Source of the DNA: Edaphobacter aggregans
Lineage (GTDB): Bacteria > Acidobacteriota > Terriglobia > Terriglobales > Acidobacteriaceae
Assembly (NCBI RefSeq): GCF_003945235.1
Contig: NZ_RSDW01000001.1
Location: forward strand, 2,850,001-2,882,000
Length of the DNA stretch: 32,000 nt
Direction: 5' to 3'
The notes beneath the pieces were generated by a model that searched no databases, was not told the DNA's origin, and saw only the letters and a program-made list of their open reading frames with translations. The translations under genes and the position numbers were made by a program. Shown piece after piece: positions 16,959 through 25,168 of this stretch. Numbering within the stretch: the first letter of the stretch is position 1; each line of letters begins with the position of its first letter.

Positions 16959-18515
16959 TCACACCCGGGTAGTCGCATCATTGCCCCGCCGCAAAATCGT
17001 AGCGGCACTCAACGAAGCCACTCCAGCCAACCCTGCAGCCAACCAGAACACAACGCGGAAGCTCGCTACAAACGCCTCATTCACCGCGACTCGCCCCTGC
17101 GGGTCCGTCGTCTCAATCGCGGCCAGCTTCACCCGCTGTGCACCAATCTCTTGCGCAACCTCTGCCGAAACCTCAGCCCGCTTCAGCCCCCTGTCGAGCG
17201 ACGGCGAGAACACATGAAAGAAGAGCAGCCCAAACACCGCCAGCGCCAGCAACCCTGCCACCTGCGATGCCGCATTGTTCACTCCCGACGCCGACCCCGT
17301 ACTGCTCTCATCCACCGAATTCAGCACGACCGTCGTCAGCGGCGCGACGCTCACCGCCATGCCCATCCCAAGCACTATGATCGCCGGAAAATAAGTCGTC
17401 CAATACGACCCGCCGATGCCCGGCCGCGTCATCAGCGCATAGCCCACCGCAACAATCAGAGGCCCCGCAATTAGAGGCCGTCGCGCGCCATACCGCGCCA
17501 CCAGCCCGCCCGACCACCGCGACAGCGCAAACAGCAGCAGCACCATCGGCAGCAACGCAGCACCCGCAGCCGTAGGGGAATACCCCTGTACCTGAATCAG
17601 ATTCAGCGGCAAATAAAACAGAGCCCCACCAAACGCTGCATACAAAAAGAACGTCAGCACATTCGCGCCCACAAAATTGCGGCTCTCAAAGAGACTGAGT
17701 GGCATCATCGGCGCCTCACAGTGCTGTTCGACCCACACGAACGCGGCCAATAACGCCACGCCCACAACACCCGCCACTCGTGTAATCACTCCGCCCTGCG
17801 TCCACTCGATCAGCGCAAACGTAACGCCGCTCAACCCAGCGGTCGCGAGCACCGCGCCTCTCCAATCCAGCGTATGAGCAGCCGCACCACTGCGACTCTC
17901 CGGCAACTTACGCAGCGCAATCGTCACCGTCACCACGGCCAGCGGAGCATTCAAAAAGAACACCCACCGCCACGATCCATGTTGCACCAGCCAGCCTCCC
18001 ACCACCGGCCCCAGCGCTGTCATCATCGACGAGAACCCCGACCACGTCCCAATCGCCTTCCCCCGCGTCTCCGGCGGAAAACACGAGCTGATCAGCGCCA
18101 GACTGCTCGGCACTAACATCGCGCCACCTACTCCCTGCAAACATCGAGCCGCAATCAACTGCTGAATCGTCGGTGCGACCCCGCACCACACCGAAGCCGA
18201 AGCAAACAGCGTCACGCCAATAACAAAAATCCGCCGCCTCCCAAAGATGTCTCCCATCGAGCCGCCGACCAGCAGCAGCGCCGACAGAAAGAGCGCATAC
18301 GCCTCCACCACCCACTGCACTTGCGACCCGCTCGCTCCCAACCCCGTCTGCATCGCCGGCAGCGCGACATTCACCACCGTGCCGTCGATGAACTCCATGC
18401 TCGTGCCCAGCACCGTGGCCACCAGCACCCACACGCCCGTCTGCATCGTCACCGCTGCAGCAGGACGCTTCGCAAGAATGACAGCTTCATCGCACGGCAA
18501 CCGAGCGCAGTTCAT
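16959..18515 (-). CDS. MFS transporter, DHA2 (EmrB/QacA-like, 14-TMS) family
   Basis: 518 aa. MEFIDGTVVNVALPAMQ and GGSMGDIFGRRRIFVIG (motif A) are typical of DHA2. The start may be the internal ATG at 18446 (MQTGVWVLV). Confidence 0.9.
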   Translation of the reverse strand: MNCARLPCDEAVILAKRPAAAVTMQTGVWVLVATVLGTSMEFIDGTVVNVALPAMQTGLGASGSQVQWVVEAYALFLSALLLVGGSMGDIFGRRRIFVIGVTLFASASVWCGVAPTIQQLIAARCLQGVGGAMLVPSSLALISSCFPPETRGKAIGTWSGFSSMMTALGPVVGGWLVQHGSWRWVFFLNAPLAVVTVTIALRKLPESRSGAAAHTLDWRGAVLATAGLSGVTFALIEWTQGGVITRVAGVVGVALLAAFVWVEQHCEAPMMPLSLFESRNFVGANVLTFFLYAAFGGALFYLPLNLIQVQGYSPTAAGAALLPMVLLLFALSRWSGGLVARYGARRPLIAGPLIVAVGYALMTRPGIGGSYWTTYFPAIIVLGMGMAVSVAPLTTVVLNSVDESSTGSASGVNNAASQVAGLLALAVFGLLFFHVFSPSLDRGLKRAEVSAEVAQEIGAQRVKLAAIETTDPQGRVAVNEAFVASFRVVFWLAAGLAGVASLSAATILRRGNDATTRV

Positions 18516-18574
18516 CCACTCCCTCAGAACGACACAGCAAGGTTCACCCTACACCATCCGTCGTCCGAGCGAAC

Positions 18575-19174
18575 TCAATCCACGCTCATCCCAGCATCCA
18601 CATCCAGCACTAGCGACTGCCCCAGCACCAGCATCGAATGAATCTTCAGCGAAGTCAGCGACAGCGCATACCCCATCGTCTCTTCCGACCGACTCAACGC
18701 CTTGCGCATCAGATCAGCCGCGTTCACCTTCATCTGCTGTGGCAATTTGCGACTCAGAAACGGCACCAGAAAATAATCCAGCTCCTTCGACCCACTCAAC
18801 TCCTCAATGCGTGCATCGCGAAACCCAATCGTCTCGCCCTCCGCATCCGGAATCACCGACACGTCCGCCTCCCGCGTCAGCGAGATCCCCACACACGTCC
18901 CATGCATCGCCGTCCCGAGCTTCGCCTTCGTGTGCACATGCACCACCACGCGATCCTGCACGAAACTCACCTTCGGCGAATCCGCATACACATAGCAGGT
19001 CGAGTTCACATCGCCCCGCATGTAATAGCGCCCCTCAGGCCCATTGAACAGCTGAGCCTTCAGCGTACGCTCCAGCGCCTTCGCCGAGATCTTCACCTCA
19101 ACCGCCGAAGCTCTACCCAAAGCAGCAAACATCACCATCAAGAAAACAGCCAGACACCGCAAAGAAAAACGCAT
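18575..19174 (-). CDS. Hypothetical secreted protein
   Basis: Signal peptide MRFSLRCLAVFLMVMFAALGRASA. It lies 59 nt upstream of the DHA2 gene on the same strand. No family recognised. Confidence 0.6.
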   Translation of the reverse strand: MRFSLRCLAVFLMVMFAALGRASAVEVKISAKALERTLKAQLFNGPEGRYYMRGDVNSTCYVYADSPKVSFVQDRVVVHVHTKAKLGTAMHGTCVGISLTREADVSVIPDAEGETIGFRDARIEELSGSKELDYFLVPFLSRKLPQQMKVNAADLMRKALSRSEETMGYALSLTSLKIHSMLVLGQSLVLDVDAGMSVD

Positions 19175-19303
19175 CGTCCTTTAAGCATAAAGGCACACTC
19201 CCTACAGCGCACCAACACCGACCGACAACCTATTGTGTATGCTTTCAGTTGCCGAAAAATTCACCCTCACCGACGCCCTGCAAAGAGCGCAAACGGAGCA
19301 CCG

Positions 19304-20107
19304 ATGCAACGACGCGACTTCCTCGCCACCTCCCTCGCCGCCTCCGCCCTCACGCTCTCTCAGCAGGCATCCGCTCAATCCCCCCTGAGCGCAACCACAA
19401 CCCGCCTTCCAGCGCGCGAGTTATACGAGATTCGCAAGTACCACATGCAAACCGGTCCGCAGACAAAGCTCACCGAAAGCTACGTCGCCGATGCGCTCAT
19501 CCCCGCGCTCAACCGCCTCGGCATCGCACCCGTCGGTGCCTTCCACCTCGACATCGGCCCCGAGACACCAACGCTCTATCTCGTGCTCCCCTTCACCGAC
19601 CCCGTGATCCTTGCCACTGCCGAACTCCGCCTCCAAAAAGACCCCATCTTCATGAAAGCCGCCGAGCCCTTCTGGACCGCGCCTGCCACAGCCCCCGCCT
19701 TCCAGCGCGTCGAAAGCTCTCTCCTCATCGCCTTCGAAGGCTGGCCCAAGCTCACCCCTCCCGACACCAAAGCCAAACGCATCTTCCAGCTCCGCACCTA
19801 CGAGAGCCCCTCCCCCGCCGCCCACGTCCGCAAGGTCGAGATGTTCCACCACGGCGAGTTCGAAATCTTCCAAAGCGCAGGCTTCAACCAGGTCTTCTAC
19901 GGCGACACCCTCATCGGCCCTCGCATGCCTAACCTCACCTACATGCTCTCCTTCCCCGACATGAACGAACTCAACGCTCGCTGGGACAAGTTCCGCAACG
20001 ACCCCGCCTGGAAGAAACTCTCCGCAGACCCCCGCTACGCCTACGAACCCATCGTCAGCAACATCACCAACCTCATCCTCAGCCCAACAAGCTACTCGCA
20101 GATTTAG
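19304..20107 (+). CDS. NIPSNAP family protein with a twin-arginine (Tat) signal
   Basis: GGAG lies 6 nt upstream of ATG 19304. Tat motif MQRRDFLATSLAASALTL. Two NIPSNAP-like halves (LYEIRKYHM..., IFQLRTYES...). The 5' part of ORF 18638..20107 is antisense to the gene at 18575..19174 and is discarded. Confidence 0.85.
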   Translation: MQRRDFLATSLAASALTLSQQASAQSPLSATTTRLPARELYEIRKYHMQTGPQTKLTESYVADALIPALNRLGIAPVGAFHLDIGPETPTLYLVLPFTDPVILATAELRLQKDPIFMKAAEPFWTAPATAPAFQRVESSLLIAFEGWPKLTPPDTKAKRIFQLRTYESPSPAAHVRKVEMFHHGEFEIFQSAGFNQVFYGDTLIGPRMPNLTYMLSFPDMNELNARWDKFRNDPAWKKLSADPRYAYEPIVSNITNLILSPTSYSQI

Positions 20108-20115
20108 AACCGGTC

Positions 20116-22221
20116 ATGCGGTTGCCGGCGAGAGATGCGTCGCAAAAAGATCAAATACCAAAACTCAAACGTTTTAGCTTAGAATCGCATGACATGTGGA
20201 ACGACCTGAGCAAAGGGCACTCCATGACCAATGATTCCGTAAAGCTGAGCCGCAAGGCCACTGCTTGTCTCGTACTGGCCCTGCTCTTCGCACTTGTCTT
20301 CCAACTCGCATCCGCCAGTCGCGAAAACTCCATTACCTGGGACGAAGGCCATCACCTCTTCGACGGCTACAACATCTGGAAGCAGGCTGACTATGGCCTG
20401 AATCCCGAGGTCCCGCCTTTGGTAAAGATGGTGGCCGCGATGCCTCTCTTGCGGATGTCGCTGAACGTGCCTCCACAACAGGGACGGCCCGCCCAGACCG
20501 AAGCCTTCCTCGACGGCAGAGACTTCATGTTCCGCAACGACGCGGACAAACTTCTCTTCCGCGCCCGCATGGCCTCCGCCGTCTTCATGCTGGTACTGGC
20601 AGTCGCCGTATTCAGCGCAGGGTGCGAGATGTTTGGCTCGCTCGCCGGACTGCTTGCACTCGCATTTCTTGTGTTCGATCCAAACTTTCTCGCACACGGA
20701 GCGCTCGTCACCACAGACGTCGCAATCTCCTGCTGCATCTTCGTCGCGCTCTATCTTGCCTATCGTTATACAAAGCGTCCGTCGCTCGTCAGGCTCCTGC
20801 TCGTCGGTCTCGCGACCGGATTGGCAATCGTCACGAAGTTCACTGGCCTCCTCGTGTTCCCTATGCTGTTCCTGCTGGCCATCGTGGAATCCATTTATGT
20901 CCGCGATTGGCGCCTGCTGGCCCGCAGAGCCCTCGCCCTCCTGATCGTCGCCGCTCTATCGCTCGCCGTGCTCTGGTCGTTCTACGGCTTCCGTTACAGC
21001 GCCCGCCCGGAAGGCCATGACATCAATCCACCGTTAGCCGAGTACCTCAGGCAGGTGCCAAACCCGCAGGACGCTCACCGCCTCGCTCTCCTCGCTCGAA
21101 CCCGCATCCTGCCGGAGGCCTACATCTACGGCCTCGCCAACACAAAGATCACCGAGAACGCCGACACCAGCTACTTCTTCGGTCGTATCTACCCGCACGG
21201 CACCTGGCTCTACTTCCCAGCCGCATTCCTCATCAAATCCACTCTTCCGTTTCTGCTTCTGCTGGCGCTGGCACTGACGCTCATAGCAACGCGGCGACTC
21301 AAGCAAGGCCGCGAACTGCTCTTTCTCCTCATCCCTCCCGCCGTATACGTGGCAGTCGCGATGCAGTCCCACATGAACATCGGCCACAGACACCTCCTTC
21401 CCATCTATCCCTTCCTTTACCTACTCGTGGCAGCAGCAGCGATCTACCTAATCGGCACGAATCGCCGCTGGACCTACGCCATCGCAGCACTCTTCCTGTG
21501 GCAGGTCGCCGCCTCCGTGCGAATAGCACCCGCCTATATGGCCTACGGCAACGAAGCCTGGGGCGGCCCCGCGTCCGTCCACAAATATCTCAGCGACGCC
21601 AACGACGACTGGGGTCAGCAACTGAAGTCCGCAAAGCAGTATCTCGACAGTCGCGGCATCAAAGATTGCTGGATCGCGTACTTCGTCGACGGCGTCGTAG
21701 ACACCAGCTACTACGGAATTCCCTGCAAGCGCCTGCCCACCATCAACACTATGTGGCTCAATCTTCCACTCGATGTCCCCCCGGAGATCGACGGTCCTGT
21801 TCTCATCAGCGACGGCGTCCTCACCGGCATCGACTACGGTCAAGGCGAGCTCAACCCATACGAACAGTTCCGCACACTGCGCCCCACCTCGGCGATTCAG
21901 TACGGCCTCTTCGTCTATGACGGCCACTTCAAGGTCTCCCTCGCATCGGCCCACGCGAAAGCACAAAGAGCGCGCAACCTCCTCGCTGAAAACCGACCCG
22001 AAGAAGCCCTCGTCGAAGCCGAACAAGCCGCTGCACTCGCACCAGAGTCCGTCCCCGTCCAGACAACGCTGGGAGATATCCTCACGCAACTCCATCGTCC
22101 CCACGAGGCTCAGTCCCACTACCACCAGGCCCTCATCTCCGCCGAGACCATCGAGCCGGAGTTACAAGCGTCCTCAGTCCACATCCTCCAATCGAAGATA
22201 GCCGCACTCGCCACCCAATAA
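20116..22221 (+). CDS. GT-C fold glycosyltransferase (ArnT/PMT-like, GT39/GT83 type) with a C-terminal TPR-like region
   Basis: Multi-pass hydrophobic N-terminal ~480 aa. The first-loop acidic motif ITWDEGHHLF matches the DE motif of PMT/ArnT enzymes. The C-terminus LAENRPEEALVEAEQAAALAPES...HEAQSHYHQAL is TPR-like. The start may be ATG 20194 or 20224 rather than 20116. Confidence 0.8.
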   Translation: MRLPARDASQKDQIPKLKRFSLESHDMWNDLSKGHSMTNDSVKLSRKATACLVLALLFALVFQLASASRENSITWDEGHHLFDGYNIWKQADYGLNPEVPPLVKMVAAMPLLRMSLNVPPQQGRPAQTEAFLDGRDFMFRNDADKLLFRARMASAVFMLVLAVAVFSAGCEMFGSLAGLLALAFLVFDPNFLAHGALVTTDVAISCCIFVALYLAYRYTKRPSLVRLLLVGLATGLAIVTKFTGLLVFPMLFLLAIVESIYVRDWRLLARRALALLIVAALSLAVLWSFYGFRYSARPEGHDINPPLAEYLRQVPNPQDAHRLALLARTRILPEAYIYGLANTKITENADTSYFFGRIYPHGTWLYFPAAFLIKSTLPFLLLLALALTLIATRRLKQGRELLFLLIPPAVYVAVAMQSHMNIGHRHLLPIYPFLYLLVAAAAIYLIGTNRRWTYAIAALFLWQVAASVRIAPAYMAYGNEAWGGPASVHKYLSDANDDWGQQLKSAKQYLDSRGIKDCWIAYFVDGVVDTSYYGIPCKRLPTINTMWLNLPLDVPPEIDGPVLISDGVLTGIDYGQGELNPYEQFRTLRPTSAIQYGLFVYDGHFKVSLASAHAKAQRARNLLAENRPEEALVEAEQAAALAPESVPVQTTLGDILTQLHRPHEAQSHYHQALISAETIEPELQASSVHILQSKIAALATQ

Positions 22222-22399
22222 CCGCAGCCACAACTCACCCGTAAGCGCGGACTATCAATCACCCTTCCGCTTCCCCACCATCAACAAAGTGGAGGTCGAC
22301 ATTCAACCAGCAAACCTCTCGGAAGCTGATAAGAAGAAGATCGAGATCGCTCAACTCCGCGCCATCTTCGCCTGCGAGTAGAGCACCGGAGTACGCGCC

Positions 22400-24847
22400 T
22401 CATTCATCACGAAGCACAGCAAGGGGACTAATCCGAGTAGCACGAAGTGCCGGACTCAGGCTGGCCGCAAACGACACCAGAAGCAGCAGCGCGGTCACTG
22501 CAACAAGCGTCAACGCGTCACGCGAACTCACGCCATAGACCATGCTCGTCACCAGCCGGCCTAGAGCGAAAGCCGCAACGAGACCAAGCGCGATACCCAC
22601 AATCGTCGGCTTCATTCCCTGCGCAACGACCACGCGCAACACATCAGCCTTGGTTGCGCCAAACGCAATCCGCAAGCCGATCTCCTTCATCCCACGCCTC
22701 ACCGAATAAGCAAGCACGCTGTAGATACCAACCGTGCAAAGCACCAGCGCAAGCAGGCCGAAGATCGCAAGCAACTGCATATTGAAGCTGGGCTGCGTCA
22801 GCGTCTGGCCAACAAACTCCTCTAGCGTCAGCACATTATCGACCGGCACATCTTTATTGCTCTGGTGCACCGCCTCCGTCACCGCTGTATCAAGACTGTG
22901 CGGCGGAACTGCTGTCCTGACCGCAAGAAAGAGAGGTCGCGAGACCCAGGTCCCAAGGCCCCGCCCACCTTCAGTCTGCGCAAGCGGCCAGTACAACGTC
23001 GCAATCCCCGCCGAGCTGTCCAGACCAGCCTGCTTCACATCGCCCACCACTCCTACGATCTCCCGATCCTTATCCGGGTAAAACGACAGCTTCAGATGAT
23101 GTCCAACAGCATTCCCATCAGGCCAGAACTGTTTCGCCATGGACTGACTGATCACCACCACAGGCGCGGAACCCGCCCTGTCATCCGGGCTGATCTCTCT
23201 GCCCTCAAGCAGAGGAATATGCGTCGCCTTGAAATACCCTGCTGTCGCGACGCGCACCGAAACCTCAGGTTGTTCCGACATCGCAACAGCCGCATGCCCT
23301 TCCACTGCCACCGGCTGATTCGAGCCGCCGGTGAGCGGAAGATTGTCCACCGCTCCCGCAGATTCCACTCCCGGCAGCGACCGCACCCGCTGCAACACCT
23401 GATCGAAGAACTGGGCCTCCTGCGTCGCGTCAGTAAACTGCTTCCTGTTAACCTGCACGTGCATCGTCAGCACATTGTGCACATCAAAGCCGGGGTCGAT
23501 GTTCTGCAGCTTCCACAAACTTCGAATCATCAGCCCGGCCCCCACCAGCAAAACCAGAGACAACGCCACTTCGACAACCACCAGCGCAGAGCGTGTCCTG
23601 CTGCTTCCGCTATCAGCATCCGTGCGGCCAAGACCCTGTTTCAAAGCGTCGTTGACATCTCCCCTCGTCATGCTCAACGCCGGTATCAATCCCGAAAGGA
23701 TACCCGTCACAACAGAAAGTGCGAGCGTAAAGGCAAGCACCGGACCGCTCAACCCAATCTCATTCATCCGTGGCAACTTGTCTGCGAAGAACTTCAGCAG
23801 TAGCTCTATTCCGAAGTGAGCAGCCACCAGCCCAAGCGCACCACCGCACAAAGAGATGATCAGCGTCTCCCCAAGAAGCTGCTGAATAATACGAGGCCGG
23901 CTCGCCCCCATCGCAGCGCGAATAGCAATCTCTTTCCGCCGCGCAAACGTGCGTGCAAGAACAAGGTTGGCAACATTCGCACACGCAATCAACAGCACGA
24001 ATGCCACCGCTCCAAGCATCATCAGCAACGCCGGACGAACATTACCGACAATCTCTTCGCGCATCGAGTTGACCACCGCACCCCAACCCTTGTCATCATC
24101 CGGATAAGCCCGCTCCAGCCGCTGCGAGATCGTATTCATCTCAGCCTGCGCCTGCTGCACCGTGACCCCAGCCTTCAAGCGGCCAGCCGTAAGGAAGTGA
24201 TGCTCACCGCGCACAGCCGCCTCAGTCGGTGTCAGCGCCAGCGGAACCCACATCTGCGCAAACCCCGGCTGCGTCATCGCCGGCCCCATCACGCCGACAA
24301 TCGTGTAAGGATCCCCATCAAGATTGATCGATCTACCCACGACGCCCGCATCGGAACCATAGTGAGCCTGCCAGAATTTGTAGCTGAGAACGACCACCTT
24401 GTTCCTGCCCGACTGGCTCTCTTCCGGCAAAAAAACCCGCCCATGCAGCGGCTGAATTCCAAACACCGAAAAGAACTCCGGACTAACCGTGCTCGCCGTA
24501 ACAGCCTCAGGCTTTCCCGTTCCCGTGATGTCAAACCCCGCGCCCGAGTAGAGCGCCATCTGCTCGAACACATGGTTCTGCTTCTGCCAGTCGAAGAAGT
24601 TACCCGCCGACACAGAAAAGCGCGTCATCCCCGGAAAACTCGTCTGCGGCGGCGTGTGCCATACCTGCACCAACCGGTCGACATCGTGGAACGGCAGCGG
24701 CTGCAGCAAAACAGCATGGACGATGCTGAAGATGGCCGTGTTCGCTCCAATGCCGAGCGCCATGATGATGATCGCCATCAAGGCAAAGCCAGGGCTCTTC
24801 AAGAGCAGTCGGAACGCGAATCGAAGGTCTTGCATCAAGGCTGACAA
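22400..24847 (-). CDS. ADOP-family ABC transporter permease (acidobacterial duplicated orphan permease; two MacB-like periplasmic + FtsX halves)
   Basis: 815 aa. The N-terminus QDLRFAFRLLLKSPGFALMAIIIMALGIGANTAIFS is the characteristic ADOP/MacB start, and the architecture is duplicated. TTG start at 24847; ATG 24835 is an alternative. No ABC ATPase gene in the window. Confidence 0.9.
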   Translation of the reverse strand: MSALMQDLRFAFRLLLKSPGFALMAIIIMALGIGANTAIFSIVHAVLLQPLPFHDVDRLVQVWHTPPQTSFPGMTRFSVSAGNFFDWQKQNHVFEQMALYSGAGFDITGTGKPEAVTASTVSPEFFSVFGIQPLHGRVFLPEESQSGRNKVVVLSYKFWQAHYGSDAGVVGRSINLDGDPYTIVGVMGPAMTQPGFAQMWVPLALTPTEAAVRGEHHFLTAGRLKAGVTVQQAQAEMNTISQRLERAYPDDDKGWGAVVNSMREEIVGNVRPALLMMLGAVAFVLLIACANVANLVLARTFARRKEIAIRAAMGASRPRIIQQLLGETLIISLCGGALGLVAAHFGIELLLKFFADKLPRMNEIGLSGPVLAFTLALSVVTGILSGLIPALSMTRGDVNDALKQGLGRTDADSGSSRTRSALVVVEVALSLVLLVGAGLMIRSLWKLQNIDPGFDVHNVLTMHVQVNRKQFTDATQEAQFFDQVLQRVRSLPGVESAGAVDNLPLTGGSNQPVAVEGHAAVAMSEQPEVSVRVATAGYFKATHIPLLEGREISPDDRAGSAPVVVISQSMAKQFWPDGNAVGHHLKLSFYPDKDREIVGVVGDVKQAGLDSSAGIATLYWPLAQTEGGRGLGTWVSRPLFLAVRTAVPPHSLDTAVTEAVHQSNKDVPVDNVLTLEEFVGQTLTQPSFNMQLLAIFGLLALVLCTVGIYSVLAYSVRRGMKEIGLRIAFGATKADVLRVVVAQGMKPTIVGIALGLVAAFALGRLVTSMVYGVSSRDALTLVAVTALLLLVSFAASLSPALRATRISPLAVLRDE

Positions 24848-25168
24848 GCGTCTACCTCCTGCGCCACACCTACAACAAGCAATTCAAACACCACAGATCA
24901 AAGCCCAAAAGCCCATAATTATCATCACTTTTCACAAATCCACCGAAAACAAAACTGTCCATCGCCGAGCACAACCGTCCACTTCCGAACAAAAGTGACA
25001 CCTATCCAGCGTTTCTGGAATGATCGAAGGCTTCTACCTATTCAAAACGTCCACCACCGTCATCTTCAGCCCAACCACCTACTCCCAGACTTAGTACTCC
25101 GCCGAATGCTGCCGGGGAGCCTTGCGCAGCGTAGATTACAATCAAAACGCTTAGACGGGCTTACAAAC

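Noticed and set aside
18638-19303. The 5' two-thirds of the 489-aa ORF 18638..20107, as a possible long N-terminal extension of the NIPSNAP protein
   Set aside because: Low-complexity R/H/P-rich translation lying antisense to the well-formed secreted-protein gene at 18575..19174. A GGAG plus ATG at 19304 with a Tat signal gives a sensible start.
24995-25168. GTG-initiated 58-codon extension upstream of the NTPase gene
   Set aside because: The translation is basic and low-complexity (HHRHLQPNHLL...), and the composition is that of the high-GC intergenic region. ATG 25169 places a hydrophobic signal/anchor at the N-terminus.
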